Shown here one piece after another: positions 19,527 through 28,577 of a DNA stretch of 64,000 nt. Origin of the DNA: Candidatus Bipolaricaulota bacterium (GTDB taxonomy: Bacteria > Bipolaricaulota > Bipolaricaulia > RBG-16-55-9 > DRXL01); NCBI GenBank assembly GCA_938091745.1, contig CALLJK010000002.1, forward strand, positions 26,842 to 90,841, written 5' to 3'. The notes under the pieces were generated by a model. That model was given only the letters and a program-made list of their open reading frames with translations. It had not been told where the DNA came from and did not search any database. Every line of letters starts with the position of its first letter. Positions within the stretch are counted from its first letter, which is position 1. The position numbers and the translations under genes were made by a program.

Positions 19527-19733
19527 GCTAGCGCAGCGCAAGGTATTCATCGAGATCAAGCTCGCTTGCTTCAAAATCCTGTGAAATGCGCGCGGATTGA
19601 GGTCGCCCGTGTGGTACGGTACAGGGATAATTGTGGTGCCGCGCTTAAGAATGCGATGGGACCCTGTCACCCGCACTTGCACGAAGCCGATCTTCTTCAA
19701 AACACGAATGACATGGCGAGGCGTATCAGTCAT
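19488..19733 (-). CDS. hicA: HicA-family mRNA interferase toxin (with ~20 aa C-terminal extension)
   Basis: VTGSHRILKRG...PVPYHTGDL...ILKQASL matches the HicA dsRBD-like fold consensus. Confidence 0.7.
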   Translation of the reverse strand: MTDTPRHVIRVLKKIGFVQVRVTGSHRILKRGTTIIPVPYHTGDLNPRAFHRILKQASLISMNTLRCASLKIPVFGIRTAP

Positions 19734-19966
19734 GAAGTGACTTCAATGATCTCGACGTCTTGATCTTGAAGCTCTTCGCCTAACAGTTCGTGGTATGCAG
19801 TCAGGACCTCACGGATATTGTGGAGAGCTTCCTCGCGCGTGCGTCCTTCGGAAAAACATGCAGGAATCGCTGGGCAGTAGACAGACCATTTATACTCCGT
19901 GGGGGCATGAGAGTCATATTCTAAGACGACTGCTAGCGGCTTGGCGATGGCTTTCCCCTTAGTCAT
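19730..19966 (-). CDS. hicB: HicB-family antitoxin
   Basis: Small UPF0150/HicB-like protein ending EGRTREEALHNIREVL. It overlaps hicA by 4 nt (ATGA). Confidence 0.65.
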   Translation of the reverse strand: MTKGKAIAKPLAVVLEYDSHAPTEYKWSVYCPAIPACFSEGRTREEALHNIREVLTAYHELLGEELQDQDVEIIEVTS

Positions 19967-19999
19967 AGGCGTTTGTTATTATACACGAATGAGGAGATC

Positions 20000-20587
20000 A
20001 TGGACAAGCTTGACGCAAAGATCGTCTCTGCGCTAGAGCGGCTCTCCCACGTGCTCAGAACGTTGCTGTGGGAGGAAGCCGGAGAAAGCCGCCTCAGCCC
20101 CATCCAAATCCAGTCGCTGCTCTATCTCCGCTCCCACGACGAGAAGCTCTGTCGGGTCAATCAACTTGCAGAAGAGTTCGGGCTGACCCCAGCGACGATG
20201 AGCGACGCTGTCAGTTCTCTTGAAGCGAAGGGGCTGCTCACCCGCAAGCCGTGGCCTCAAGATAAGCGCGTTTTCACGCTGCGCCTCACCGCCAAGGGCC
20301 GACGCTCTGCAGAAAAGCTTGCACGCTGGAGCGACGTGCTCACCAAGCAGCTTGAGCGCTTTGCCCCCGAAGAGAAAGAGCAAGCCCTGAAATTCTTGCT
20401 CAAGCTCATTGAATCGCTCTATCGGGCGGGAATCATCACGGTCGCGAGGATCTGTCTGACGTGCCGGTTCTTCCGCCCCAATGCCCATAAGAACGCCCGA
20501 GCGCCGCATCACTGCGCGCTGATGGACAAGCCTCTAGCCGAGAGCGATCTCCGAGTAGACTGCCCGGAGCATGAGCGAGTCGCTTAG
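20000..20587 (+). CDS. MarR-family transcriptional regulator with C-terminal Cys/His cluster (CLTC...HHC...CPEH)
   Basis: Winged-helix MarR core. GAGGAG RBS lies 5 nt before ATG 20000. The C-terminal extension contains 4 Cys and 4 His. Confidence 0.75.
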   Translation: MDKLDAKIVSALERLSHVLRTLLWEEAGESRLSPIQIQSLLYLRSHDEKLCRVNQLAEEFGLTPATMSDAVSSLEAKGLLTRKPWPQDKRVFTLRLTAKGRRSAEKLARWSDVLTKQLERFAPEEKEQALKFLLKLIESLYRAGIITVARICLTCRFFRPNAHKNARAPHHCALMDKPLAESDLRVDCPEHERVA

Positions 20588-20659
20588 GGCCCTCATCCCG
20601 CCCTTGCGGGCACCCCTCTCCCGTAGTCACCTACGGGAGAGGGGTTGGGGGTGAGGGCC
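20588..20659. repeat. Palindromic element with GGCCCTCA.../...GGGTGAGGGCC termini enclosing a 14-bp hairpin (CCCCTCTCCCGTAG/TACGGGAGAGGGG). It overlaps the 3' end of the DUF5317 gene.
   Basis: Terminal inverted repeat and internal hairpins read directly. The termini match those of the family-1 elements at 29018 and 40600. Confidence 0.65.
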
Positions 20660-21194
20660 TCTTCCCCAACAGCCAGATCACTCCCAATCCTAACAACAGA
20701 TCCCCAACGCTGAACGCGTTGGCAAACGGCACCCAGCTCGGCAGCCAAAGAATATCTCCCAAAAAATTGAGCTTCGTCGTCTCGCTCATTAGGATAACGT
20801 TGCCCGAAACGCCGTCAATGAGTAATTTTTCGACCGTCGCTGCTCTCCCCGCAGCGCGCAACGCATCGAGAGACGCCGGCATGTGCCCGCCGTTGGCAGT
20901 AATGACTATGAAATTCGAGAGCATCCCCAGGGCCATCGGCCAGAGGGCTTTCTCGCGATAATTGAGAACAGCAAAGAGCAGCAAGAGCAGATACGACCCG
21001 ATGTGTAAGAACTCCATGCCCCACGTGACGATAGGCTGTGCGTTCTGCCCCAGGGGCAGAATGAGAACCTGAACGAGCACAGCGAGTAGCACCAGCCAGC
21101 CCGCGCGTAGCTTCAATTCCGCAAGATATGCCAGACTTCGATGGCGTACTAACCCGATGAGCAGTCCTAGGAGAATCGCCCAGAGGAGAACCAT
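20631..21194 (-). CDS. DUF5317-family integral membrane protein
   Basis: Polytopic membrane protein downstream of HD-GYP. The last ~10 codons (KRPSPPTPLP) come from the repeat element. Confidence 0.6.
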   Translation of the reverse strand: MVLLWAILLGLLIGLVRHRSLAYLAELKLRAGWLVLLAVLVQVLILPLGQNAQPIVTWGMEFLHIGSYLLLLLFAVLNYREKALWPMALGMLSNFIVITANGGHMPASLDALRAAGRAATVEKLLIDGVSGNVILMSETTKLNFLGDILWLPSWVPFANAFSVGDLLLGLGVIWLLGKRPSPPTPLP

Positions 21195-22513
21195 AGGGGC
21201 TCTTTCAGCTCGTCGGAGATGACGCGAACTAATGCTTCGACGACCTTAGGGTCGAACTGGCGGCCGCTCTGGCTCTGGATGATGCGCACGGCTTCGACGG
21301 GGTCATAGTGTCGTGGCAGCCCTTGGGATTCGCGATAGGGCCGGTCGCTGGTGAGCGCGTGATAGACGTCGGCAACGTGGATGATGCGCGCGCCGATGGG
21401 GATCTGTTCGCCCTTGAGGCCGTCGGGGTAGCCGGTGCCGTCCCAGCGCTCGTGCTCATATTTCACAAGCTGCGCAGCTTCACTGTACATCTCTAAGTTT
21501 TTTAAGAGATCGAAGCCGACAAGCGTGTGCTGTTTCACGAGCTTCCAATCGGAGTCATCGAGCGGGCCGGGTTTGTTGAGAATCGAATCGGGGATGGCGA
21601 CCTTGCCGATGTCATGCACACGGGCGGCGGTGCGGATGACTTCGATCTGGTCTTCGGGCAGTTCCATCTCGCGCGCGATCTTTTCGGCCAAGTCAGCAAC
21701 TTCTTCGGAGTGTTCGGCGGTGTAGGGGTCGTGTTCGTGGAGCATGCGAACGATAGCTTCGAGGGTACGCTGGGTTTCTCTACGGAGCTTGGTATAGCCG
21801 CGCAGGGTAAGGTGCACCCCGACGGCGGGGATGAGCACGAGAAGAGTTTGCCAGGGGGCTTGGGCGTAGACGACGGCGATCAAGATCGAAATGATGCCGA
21901 TGGCTAAGACTTGGAAGGGGAGGTTGCGCATCTTAAAAGTCACAAGCTTTGAGAACTTGATGCGCTGGGTCAGGGTAAGAATTCCAGAGACAAGCACAGT
22001 ATTCGCAGTCGTATAACCTACGTAAGCAAGAGCGGGCGGTATCAGCTCAGCGAGCGAGTTATACGGAGGTGGATGGCCGCCGAGCAGTTGGAAGATTAAG
22101 ATAGCTATCCAGCCATTTAGTAATAACTGACTTGTGTTGAAAGCAACGCGGGAGAAGAAATATGAAGGGTCTTGGCGCAGCCGGTGCCAGCGCAAGATAA
22201 TCTCAGCGGGCAACGTCCCTAACAAGATGCTCCAAGTCATCACTGAGGGGCCAGCAATGAATAATACAGCGCAGTAGGCAATCTCGCACGTTGACATTCT
22301 GCGTTGCAACGCAATTTCAACTTCAAAGATGTCAGAAAAGAAGGCAAGGATCGCAGTGATCAGTATCAGCGATATTTTTGTTGGATCATTCCCAAGTTGA
22401 GGCAGGTAGAGGCTAAGCGGGATCAGACTTAGCAGCACAACGCTCCATAGATACAGCTTCGCTCGCCAGCTCATGCTGGCAGCATTATATGAAAATGAAA
22501 AAGGGGAGTCCAA
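21167..22513 (-). CDS. 7TM-receptor-coupled HD-GYP cyclic-di-GMP phosphodiesterase
   Basis: N-terminal 7 predicted TM helices. C-terminal HD-GYP motifs HDIGKVAIP and GTGYPDGL. Confidence 0.85.
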   Translation of the reverse strand: MDSPFSFSYNAASMSWRAKLYLWSVVLLSLIPLSLYLPQLGNDPTKISLILITAILAFFSDIFEVEIALQRRMSTCEIAYCAVLFIAGPSVMTWSILLGTLPAEIILRWHRLRQDPSYFFSRVAFNTSQLLLNGWIAILIFQLLGGHPPPYNSLAELIPPALAYVGYTTANTVLVSGILTLTQRIKFSKLVTFKMRNLPFQVLAIGIISILIAVVYAQAPWQTLLVLIPAVGVHLTLRGYTKLRRETQRTLEAIVRMLHEHDPYTAEHSEEVADLAEKIAREMELPEDQIEVIRTAARVHDIGKVAIPDSILNKPGPLDDSDWKLVKQHTLVGFDLLKNLEMYSEAAQLVKYEHERWDGTGYPDGLKGEQIPIGARIIHVADVYHALTSDRPYRESQGLPRHYDPVEAVRIIQSQSGRQFDPKVVEALVRVISDELKEPLWFSSGRFS

Positions 22514-22552
22514 TCGGACCCCCCTGCAGGGAATTACGTAAGTAATTTTATG

Positions 22553-22696
22553 TTATGTCCACTTCTCAGCAGCGCCGCTCATGAGCACGAAGGCGCTGAT
22601 GATTGCCAGAATGTAGAGCACCTTAGCCCCGATCTTCTCCTTGACCCAACCGGCCACCCGCTCCGCCACCTGCTCGTTGTATTCTCCCCACTTCAT
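22553..22696 (-). CDS. Unannotated 47-aa single-TM small protein (MKWGEYNEQVAERVAGWVKEKIGAKVLYILAIISAFVLMSGAAEKWT) heading the HD-GYP operon
   Basis: GGAGG RBS 9 nt upstream of ATG on the minus strand. Followed by a 40-nt gap and then the HD-GYP gene. An AT-rich promoter-like tract lies at 22711-22760. Confidence 0.5.
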   Translation of the reverse strand: MKWGEYNEQVAERVAGWVKEKIGAKVLYILAIISAFVLMSGAAEKWT

Positions 22697-22865
22697 GGGT
22701 ATGTACCTCCTTTGTATATTATTGATGGTCATATTTTATATGCAATTGTATGCGTTGTCAAGGGGTTCGGCAAAAATCATCTGTGATTCTTTTTCTAGAG
22801 GGTTGCCTCCCTGTTATGCCAAGGTTCATAGCACCTGCACCGTCAGTTTGGGGGTCGCTGTTGGA

Positions 22866-23381
22866 CTACCAGGCACGGACAAGAGCAAGCACTTGTTGGA
22901 AGAGTTCTTCGCGAGTGCTTGGCGTGATGGCAAAGACAGAAAACTCTGTCCGTATCCGCGCAATCAACGGATGCTCATAGCGCTCCTTGAACGTCACAAG
23001 CAGATCTTTTGAGCTACCAAGCACGTCTGTGACGGCTTCGACGAAGCGCGCGCTGCGCAGTTCCATTGGCGCGATTTCGTCAACGATAATAAGCTGAGCT
23101 TCACAGAGAGCACGCTGGAGCGCCGGAACAGCGATACGCTCGATATCCGTGAGATTAACGCGATAGCGTCCTACGCGCGGGCCGCTCTTGAGCTGGCGAT
23201 GGGCCAGCAGCCCTCGCTCTCCCGTCGCTATATCTACGATCTCAAATCCGACGCGCTCGCGACCCTCACGAATATCTTGAGTGAGGATGCCACCAATCTT
23301 GACAGCTCCTAGAGCTTCGATGAGGCGCTGACACAGAGTTGTCTTGCCAGAGCCTGGTGCGCCAGTGATCGCCAGCTTCAT
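22866..23381 (-). CDS. THEP1-type nucleoside-triphosphatase (NTPase_1 family)
   Basis: Walker A ITGAPGSGKTTL. ~170 aa. Overlaps argF stop by 4 nt. Confidence 0.7.
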   Translation of the reverse strand: MKLAITGAPGSGKTTLCQRLIEALGAVKIGGILTQDIREGRERVGFEIVDIATGERGLLAHRQLKSGPRVGRYRVNLTDIERIAVPALQRALCEAQLIIVDEIAPMELRSARFVEAVTDVLGSSKDLLVTFKERYEHPLIARIRTEFSVFAITPSTREELFQQVLALVRAW

Positions 23382-24286
23382 CGCATTAGCAACGCCAGCA
23401 CGGCCTTCTGTGCGTGCAGTCTGTTCTCAGCTTCGTCGAAGATCGCGCTCTGCGGCCCGTGCGCGACATCGTGTGTGATCTCTTCGTCGTAGTGCGCCGG
23501 CAGGCAGTGCATCACAATTGCGTCGGGCTTGGCGAGCTTCAACAGATCTTGATTGATCTGAAAGTTTTTGAATTTCTTGCGACGCTCTTCGGCTTCTTTC
23601 TCTTGGCCCATGCTCGTCCAAACGTCGGTGTAGAGAATATCGGCGCCCTGGGCAGCAGCTTTGGGGTCGTGCACGATCTCAACTTTCCCAAGTCGTCGCG
23701 CTTCTTCGAAAATCTTTGCGTTCGGCTCATGTCCTACAGGGCACGCGACGGCGATCTCCATGCCGAGCTTGGGTCCAGCTTCAAGCCACGAGTTACACAC
23801 GTTGTTTCCATCGCCGATCCACGCGAGCTTCAACCCCTCAATTCTGCGCTTCTTCTCGAAGACTGTGAGCAGATCGCCCAAGATCTGACACGGGTGCAAA
23901 AGATCCGAAAGCCCGTTGATGACCGGAACGTCAGCGTATTTCGCTAATTCTTCGACGACCTCGTGCCCGAAGACCCGCGCCATGATCCCATCGCAGTATC
24001 GAGAGAGCACTTTGGCGATGTCTTCGGTCGTCTCGCGCTGGCCCAGCTTGATGTCGTCAGGGCTGAGATAGATCGCATGGCCGCCAAGCTGAGTCATGCC
24101 CACTTCAAACGAGACGCGCGTTCTCAGTGAGGGCTTTTGGAATATCATCGCTAAGGTCTTGCCCTCGAGCATTCTATGCGCGATCCCAGCACGATATTCG
24201 CGCTTGAGTTGCAGCGCTGTCTCCAGAAGCTCCCACAGGTCTTCAGCAGTGTACTCTGCAAAAGAGATCAAGTCTGTGTGACGCAT
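23378..24286 (-). CDS. argF: Ornithine carbamoyltransferase
   Basis: STRTR, HCLP and anabolic-OTCase motifs. The likely start is the Met at MRHTDLISF (24286); the ORF track extends to 24334. Confidence 0.85.
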   Translation of the reverse strand: MRHTDLISFAEYTAEDLWELLETALQLKREYRAGIAHRMLEGKTLAMIFQKPSLRTRVSFEVGMTQLGGHAIYLSPDDIKLGQRETTEDIAKVLSRYCDGIMARVFGHEVVEELAKYADVPVINGLSDLLHPCQILGDLLTVFEKKRRIEGLKLAWIGDGNNVCNSWLEAGPKLGMEIAVACPVGHEPNAKIFEEARRLGKVEIVHDPKAAAQGADILYTDVWTSMGQEKEAEERRKKFKNFQINQDLLKLAKPDAIVMHCLPAHYDEEITHDVAHGPQSAIFDEAENRLHAQKAVLALLMR

Positions 24287-24320
24287 AGTCCTGTCCTCCT
24301 CTCTCGCAATTTGTCTTTGA

Positions 24321-24402
24321 ATCACGGAAAGCACAGAGAAGCACCGAGATCACGGAAAACGCTTTCCGTGTAATCCGTGATTCTTCCGTGCCTTCCGTGA
24401 TT
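24321..24402. promoter_or_regulatory. Array of six 9-mer repeats ATCACGGAA / TTCCGTGAT (2 direct, 4 inverted, including the perfect palindrome CACGGAAA-ACGC-TTTCCGTG) in the divergent argF / ilvE intergenic region
   Basis: Repeats read directly at 24321, 24349, 24364, 24373, 24384 and 24393. Confidence 0.6.
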
Positions 24403-24492
24403 CACAAGCATCATACCGAGATTGAGAAAGTTCGCCAAGTTGATTTTTCCCCGCGCGTGCTTTAGAGTGAAATCCGACGAAGGAGGCGAGCG

Positions 24493-25377
24493 ATGAAGGT
24501 CTACATTAATGGCGAATTCGTCCCCGAAGAGGAAGCGAAGATCAGCGTCTTCGACCACGGGCTGCTCTACGGCGACGGCGTCTTTGAAGGGATTCGCGCC
24601 TATGACGGCTATGTGTTTAAGCTCGACCGACATATAGAGCGTCTGTACGACAGCGCCAAGGCGATTGCCCTCGAAATCCCCTTAAGCAAAGACCAGATGA
24701 CCCAAGCGATTCTTGAGACTCTAAGAGTGAACAAGCTGCGCAGCGCCTATATTCGCCCGATTGTGACGCGCGGGGTTGGGGATTTGGGGATCGATCCGCG
24801 CCGCTGCCATGGCAAACCCTCTGTCATCATTATTGTCAAGGAGTGGAAATCACTCTATGGGGAGGAGAAGAGCCAGCACGGGCTGAGAGCGATTGTCGCC
24901 CACACCCGCGCCCGCTCCCCCGATAGCCTCTCGCAGAATATTAAGTCTTTAAATTATCTGTCGAACATCATGGCCAAGATCGAGGCGAACTTCGCTGGTG
25001 TAGATGAGGCCATTATGCTGGACAGTAACGGCTTCGTTGCCGAAGGCACGGCCGATAATGTCTTCATCGTTAAGAACGGGACGATCTTCGTGCCCCCGAC
25101 GGTGACGAATCTCCCCGGCATCACTCGCGAGACGGTGATCGAGCTTGCTCTTAAAGAGAGAATCCCGGTGCGCGAGGAATTCTTCGGCGTTCCGGCGCTC
25201 TACGCTGCCGATGAGTGCTTTATCACCGGGACGGCGGCAGAAATCGCGCCGATCGTCGAAATTGATGGGCGCAAGATTGGGACGGGCAAGCCCGGCCCAA
25301 TCACGCAGAGACTGATAGAAAGATTTCGCGCGATCACAGGTATCCCCGAGACGGGCACACCTATCTATGAAGGGTGA
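24493..25377 (+). CDS. ilvE: Branched-chain amino acid aminotransferase (PLP fold type IV)
   Basis: Class IV aminotransferase motifs [18 protein letters not shown] and the catalytic-lysine region. Confidence 0.85.
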   Translation: MKVYINGEFVPEEEAKISVFDHGLLYGDGVFEGIRAYDGYVFKLDRHIERLYDSAKAIALEIPLSKDQMTQAILETLRVNKLRSAYIRPIVTRGVGDLGIDPRRCHGKPSVIIIVKEWKSLYGEEKSQHGLRAIVAHTRARSPDSLSQNIKSLNYLSNIMAKIEANFAGVDEAIMLDSNGFVAEGTADNVFIVKNGTIFVPPTVTNLPGITRETVIELALKERIPVREEFFGVPALYAADECFITGTAAEIAPIVEIDGRKIGTGKPGPITQRLIERFRAITGIPETGTPIYEG

Positions 25378-25380
25378 GCT

Positions 25381-26811
25381 ATGACTGTTCGCGTTCGCTT
25401 TGCTCCAAGCCCTACGGGAGAACTGCACGTCGGCGGGGCGCGCACCGCGCTCTTCAATTGGCTGTTTGCTCGTAAACATAAGGGCGTCTTTATTCTCAGA
25501 TTCGAAGATACAGATATCGAGCGCAATCGCCCGGAGCTGATCGAACCGATCTTAGAGAGTCTGCGGTGGCTGGGCTTACTGTGGGACGAAGGGCCGTACT
25601 TTCAGAGTCAACGGCTCTCTCTCTATCGCGAGTGGGCTGAGAAGCTTCTCAAAGAAGGCAAGGCGTACAAGTGCTACTGCACGCCCGAAGAGCTAGAAGC
25701 CAAGCGCACGGCTGCGCTCGCCGCTAAACAAAAGCCCAAGTACGACGGGCGCTGTCGCAGTCTAACCGCTCAAGAAGAGCAGAATTTTATTCGTGAGGGG
25801 CGCCAGCCCGCGCTCCGAATCAAAATTCCCCAATCGGGCACGATTGTCGTCGAAGACGCGATCCGCGGGCGGGTCGAATTTGACTTCTCCGAGCTTGATG
25901 ACTTTATTCTCTTGCGCTCCGACGGCCGACCCACGTATAACTTCGCCGTCGTCGTTGATGACATCACGATGGGCATTACGCACGTTATTCGCGCTGATGA
26001 GCACCTCAATAACACCCCAAAACAGATTCTGATCTATCAGGCGTTTGGGCATCCCACACCGATCTTTGCGCACGTCCCGATGGTCTTGGCGAAAGACCGC
26101 AGCAAGCTCTCCAAGCGCCATGGCGCGACAGCGGTCTTTGAGTTTCGTGACCGCGGAGTGTTGCCCGAAGCGTTAGTGAATTACTTAGCACGGCTTGGCT
26201 GGTCCTACGGCGACCAAGAGATTTTCAGCAAAGACGAGCTGATTGCGAACTTCTCGCTCGACGCAGTGCACCCCTCGGCAGCGATCTTCGACGAAGAGAA
26301 ACTCTTATGGCTCAATCAGCACTATCTCAAGACGGGCGACCCGCAGCGCCTTGGGGAGCTTCTGCGCCCGTTCTTGGTGAAGCTCAATATCATGAGCGAA
26401 GCCGAAGCACAAGTTGTGCCGAGCGAGAAGCTTACACAAATTGTCGTTCTCTTTCGGGAACGTGCCAAGACGCTCACCGAGCTTGCTGAACCTGCTCGGT
26501 ATCTGCTCACGGATAATTTTTCGTATGACCCAGAAGCCGTGAAGAAGTTTCTCACGCCGGAGAAGATCGCGCTGCTCAAGGGGCTGGCAGAGGCGCTCGC
26601 GTCGGTGGAGCCGTTCACGGCAGCGGAGCTGGAGCAAGCGACGCGCGCTTATTTAGAGTCTCAGGGCACGGCGCTCAAAGAGATCGCGCAACCGTGCCGT
26701 GTGGCGCTCACGGGGAGAACAGCAGGGGCGGGGCTGTTCGAGACGATGGAACTGATGGGGAGAGAGCGGGTGCTCGCGCGGATGAAGTCAGTTGCATCAC
26801 TGCTTGCCTAA
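25381..26811 (+). CDS. gltX: Glutamyl-tRNA synthetase
   Basis: RFAPSPTGELHVGGARTALFNW HIGH region and KLSKR KMSKS-type motif. Confidence 0.92.
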   Translation: MTVRVRFAPSPTGELHVGGARTALFNWLFARKHKGVFILRFEDTDIERNRPELIEPILESLRWLGLLWDEGPYFQSQRLSLYREWAEKLLKEGKAYKCYCTPEELEAKRTAALAAKQKPKYDGRCRSLTAQEEQNFIREGRQPALRIKIPQSGTIVVEDAIRGRVEFDFSELDDFILLRSDGRPTYNFAVVVDDITMGITHVIRADEHLNNTPKQILIYQAFGHPTPIFAHVPMVLAKDRSKLSKRHGATAVFEFRDRGVLPEALVNYLARLGWSYGDQEIFSKDELIANFSLDAVHPSAAIFDEEKLLWLNQHYLKTGDPQRLGELLRPFLVKLNIMSEAEAQVVPSEKLTQIVVLFRERAKTLTELAEPARYLLTDNFSYDPEAVKKFLTPEKIALLKGLAEALASVEPFTAAELEQATRAYLESQGTALKEIAQPCRVALTGRTAGAGLFETMELMGRERVLARMKSVASLLA

Positions 26812-26844
26812 GGCTACAATTGCTTTCTTACAGGAGGGCTGACT

Positions 26845-28542
26845 ATGAGCGAAGCTCCGAAAGACTTCATTCGCGAGATCATCGAGAATGATATCAAGAC
26901 AGGTCGATATGGTGGGCGCGTCCATACGCGCTTCCCCCCAGAACCCAACGGGTATCTGCACATCGGCCACGCCAAGAGCGTCTTGCTCAACTATTGGATT
27001 GCCAAAGAATACGGGGGAAAATTTAATCTGCGCTTCGACGACACCAACCCCGAAAAAGAAGAGCAAGAGTACGTCGATGCCATCAAGCGCGACGTCAAAT
27101 GGCTTGGGGTCGACTGGGAAGACCGCGAGTTCTACGCGTCAGACTATTTCGAGCAGCTCTACCAGTGGGCTGAAGAACTCATCAAGAAGGGCAAGGCTTA
27201 TGTGTGCGATCTCTCCCCCGAAGAAGTTAGCGAATACCGGGGCAAAGCGATCATCCAAGATGGGAAGGTCATCACGCCCCCGGGGAAAGAGAGCCCCTAT
27301 CGCAATCGCTCTGTCGAAGAGAATCTCGATTTGTTTCGCCGAATGCGCGCGGGTGAGTTTCCCGACGGCTCCAAAACGTTGCGCGCTAAGATCGATATGG
27401 CCCACCCGAACTTAAATATGCGCGACCCCGTCATGTACCGCATCATGCATGTCCCACATCATCGTACCGGGGACAAATGGTGCATCTACCCCACGTACGA
27501 TTGGGCGCACGGGCAGTCTGATTCTATCGAAGGGATTACACACTCAATCTGCACGCTGGAGTTTGAGGACCATCGGCCGCTCTATGATTGGTTCTTAGAT
27601 CAGCTGGGGATTCATCACCCGCGGCAGATCGAGTTTGCTCGATTGAATCTGACTTATACGGTGATGAGCAAGCGCCTGCTCTTGCAGTTGGTGCAGGAGG
27701 GGCACGTGCGCGGCTGGGACGATCCTCGAATGCCCACGCTCGCGGGGATGCGCCGCCGCGGCTACACCCCGGAAGCGATTCACGAATTTGTCCGTCGTGT
27801 GGGGGTCTCCAAGCGCGAGAGCATCACCGAGTTAGAGCTTCTTGAACACTGCGTGAGACAAGATTTGAACAAGCGCGCACCCCGACGCTTAGCCGTGCTC
27901 GACCCCTTGAGAGTCGTCATCACGAACTATCCCGACGGCCAAGTCGAGTGGCTCGAGGCGATCAATAACCCTGAAGACCCCAGCGCGGGCACGCGCAAGG
28001 TCCCGTTCTCCAAAGTCTTATATATCGAGCGCGATGATTTTATGGAAAACCCTCCAAAAGACTTCTATCGCTTGGCGCCTGGACGCGAAGTGCGCCTGCG
28101 CTATGCGTACTTTATCAAGTGTGTCGATGTCATCAAAGACGCTCAAGGCAACGTGATCGAGCTGCACTGCACGTATGATCCGGCGACACGCGGGGGAGAA
28201 GCTCCCGACGGGCGCAAAGTCAAAGCGACGATTCATTGGGTTTCAGCTCAACACGCCATTAACGCTGAAGTGCGTCTGTATGACCGTCTCTTCACCAAGC
28301 CCGACCCGTTGGATGTCCCCAAGGGCCATGACTGGAAGGAGAACATCAACCCCAACTCGCTGATCGTTCTACAGAACTGCAAACTGGAGCCGAGCCTAGC
28401 TGATGCGCAAGTGGGGGATCGCTTCCAATTTGAGCGCAAGGGGTACTTCTGCGTTGATCCAGACTCGACCCCAGAAAGATTAGTCTTCAATCGCACGGTC
28501 ACTCTCAAGGGCGAGTGGGAGAAAGCAAGACAGCAGAGTTAG
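26845..28542 (+). CDS. glnS: Glutaminyl-tRNA synthetase
   Basis: [26 protein letters not shown] and VMSKR motifs. Length is 565 aa with a GlnRS anticodon-binding beta-barrel region. Confidence 0.9.
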   Translation: MSEAPKDFIREIIENDIKTGRYGGRVHTRFPPEPNGYLHIGHAKSVLLNYWIAKEYGGKFNLRFDDTNPEKEEQEYVDAIKRDVKWLGVDWEDREFYASDYFEQLYQWAEELIKKGKAYVCDLSPEEVSEYRGKAIIQDGKVITPPGKESPYRNRSVEENLDLFRRMRAGEFPDGSKTLRAKIDMAHPNLNMRDPVMYRIMHVPHHRTGDKWCIYPTYDWAHGQSDSIEGITHSICTLEFEDHRPLYDWFLDQLGIHHPRQIEFARLNLTYTVMSKRLLLQLVQEGHVRGWDDPRMPTLAGMRRRGYTPEAIHEFVRRVGVSKRESITELELLEHCVRQDLNKRAPRRLAVLDPLRVVITNYPDGQVEWLEAINNPEDPSAGTRKVPFSKVLYIERDDFMENPPKDFYRLAPGREVRLRYAYFIKCVDVIKDAQGNVIELHCTYDPATRGGEAPDGRKVKATIHWVSAQHAINAEVRLYDRLFTKPDPLDVPKGHDWKENINPNSLIVLQNCKLEPSLADAQVGDRFQFERKGYFCVDPDSTPERLVFNRTVTLKGEWEKARQQS

Positions 28543-28577
28543 CCTTGCGTCTCGCTCTGAGATACAATATCAGTTTG

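Noticed and set aside
19973-19999. Upstream ATG (19973) for the MarR gene, as given in the ORF track
   Set aside because: A GAGGAG RBS sits 5 nt before ATG 20000. The upstream start has no SD and would overlap the hicB start region.
24321-24405. Possible mini-CRISPR array, given the repeated TCCGTGA units
   Set aside because: The repeats are only 9 nt, irregularly spaced and in mixed orientation, with no cas genes. They behave like protein-binding sites, not CRISPR repeats.
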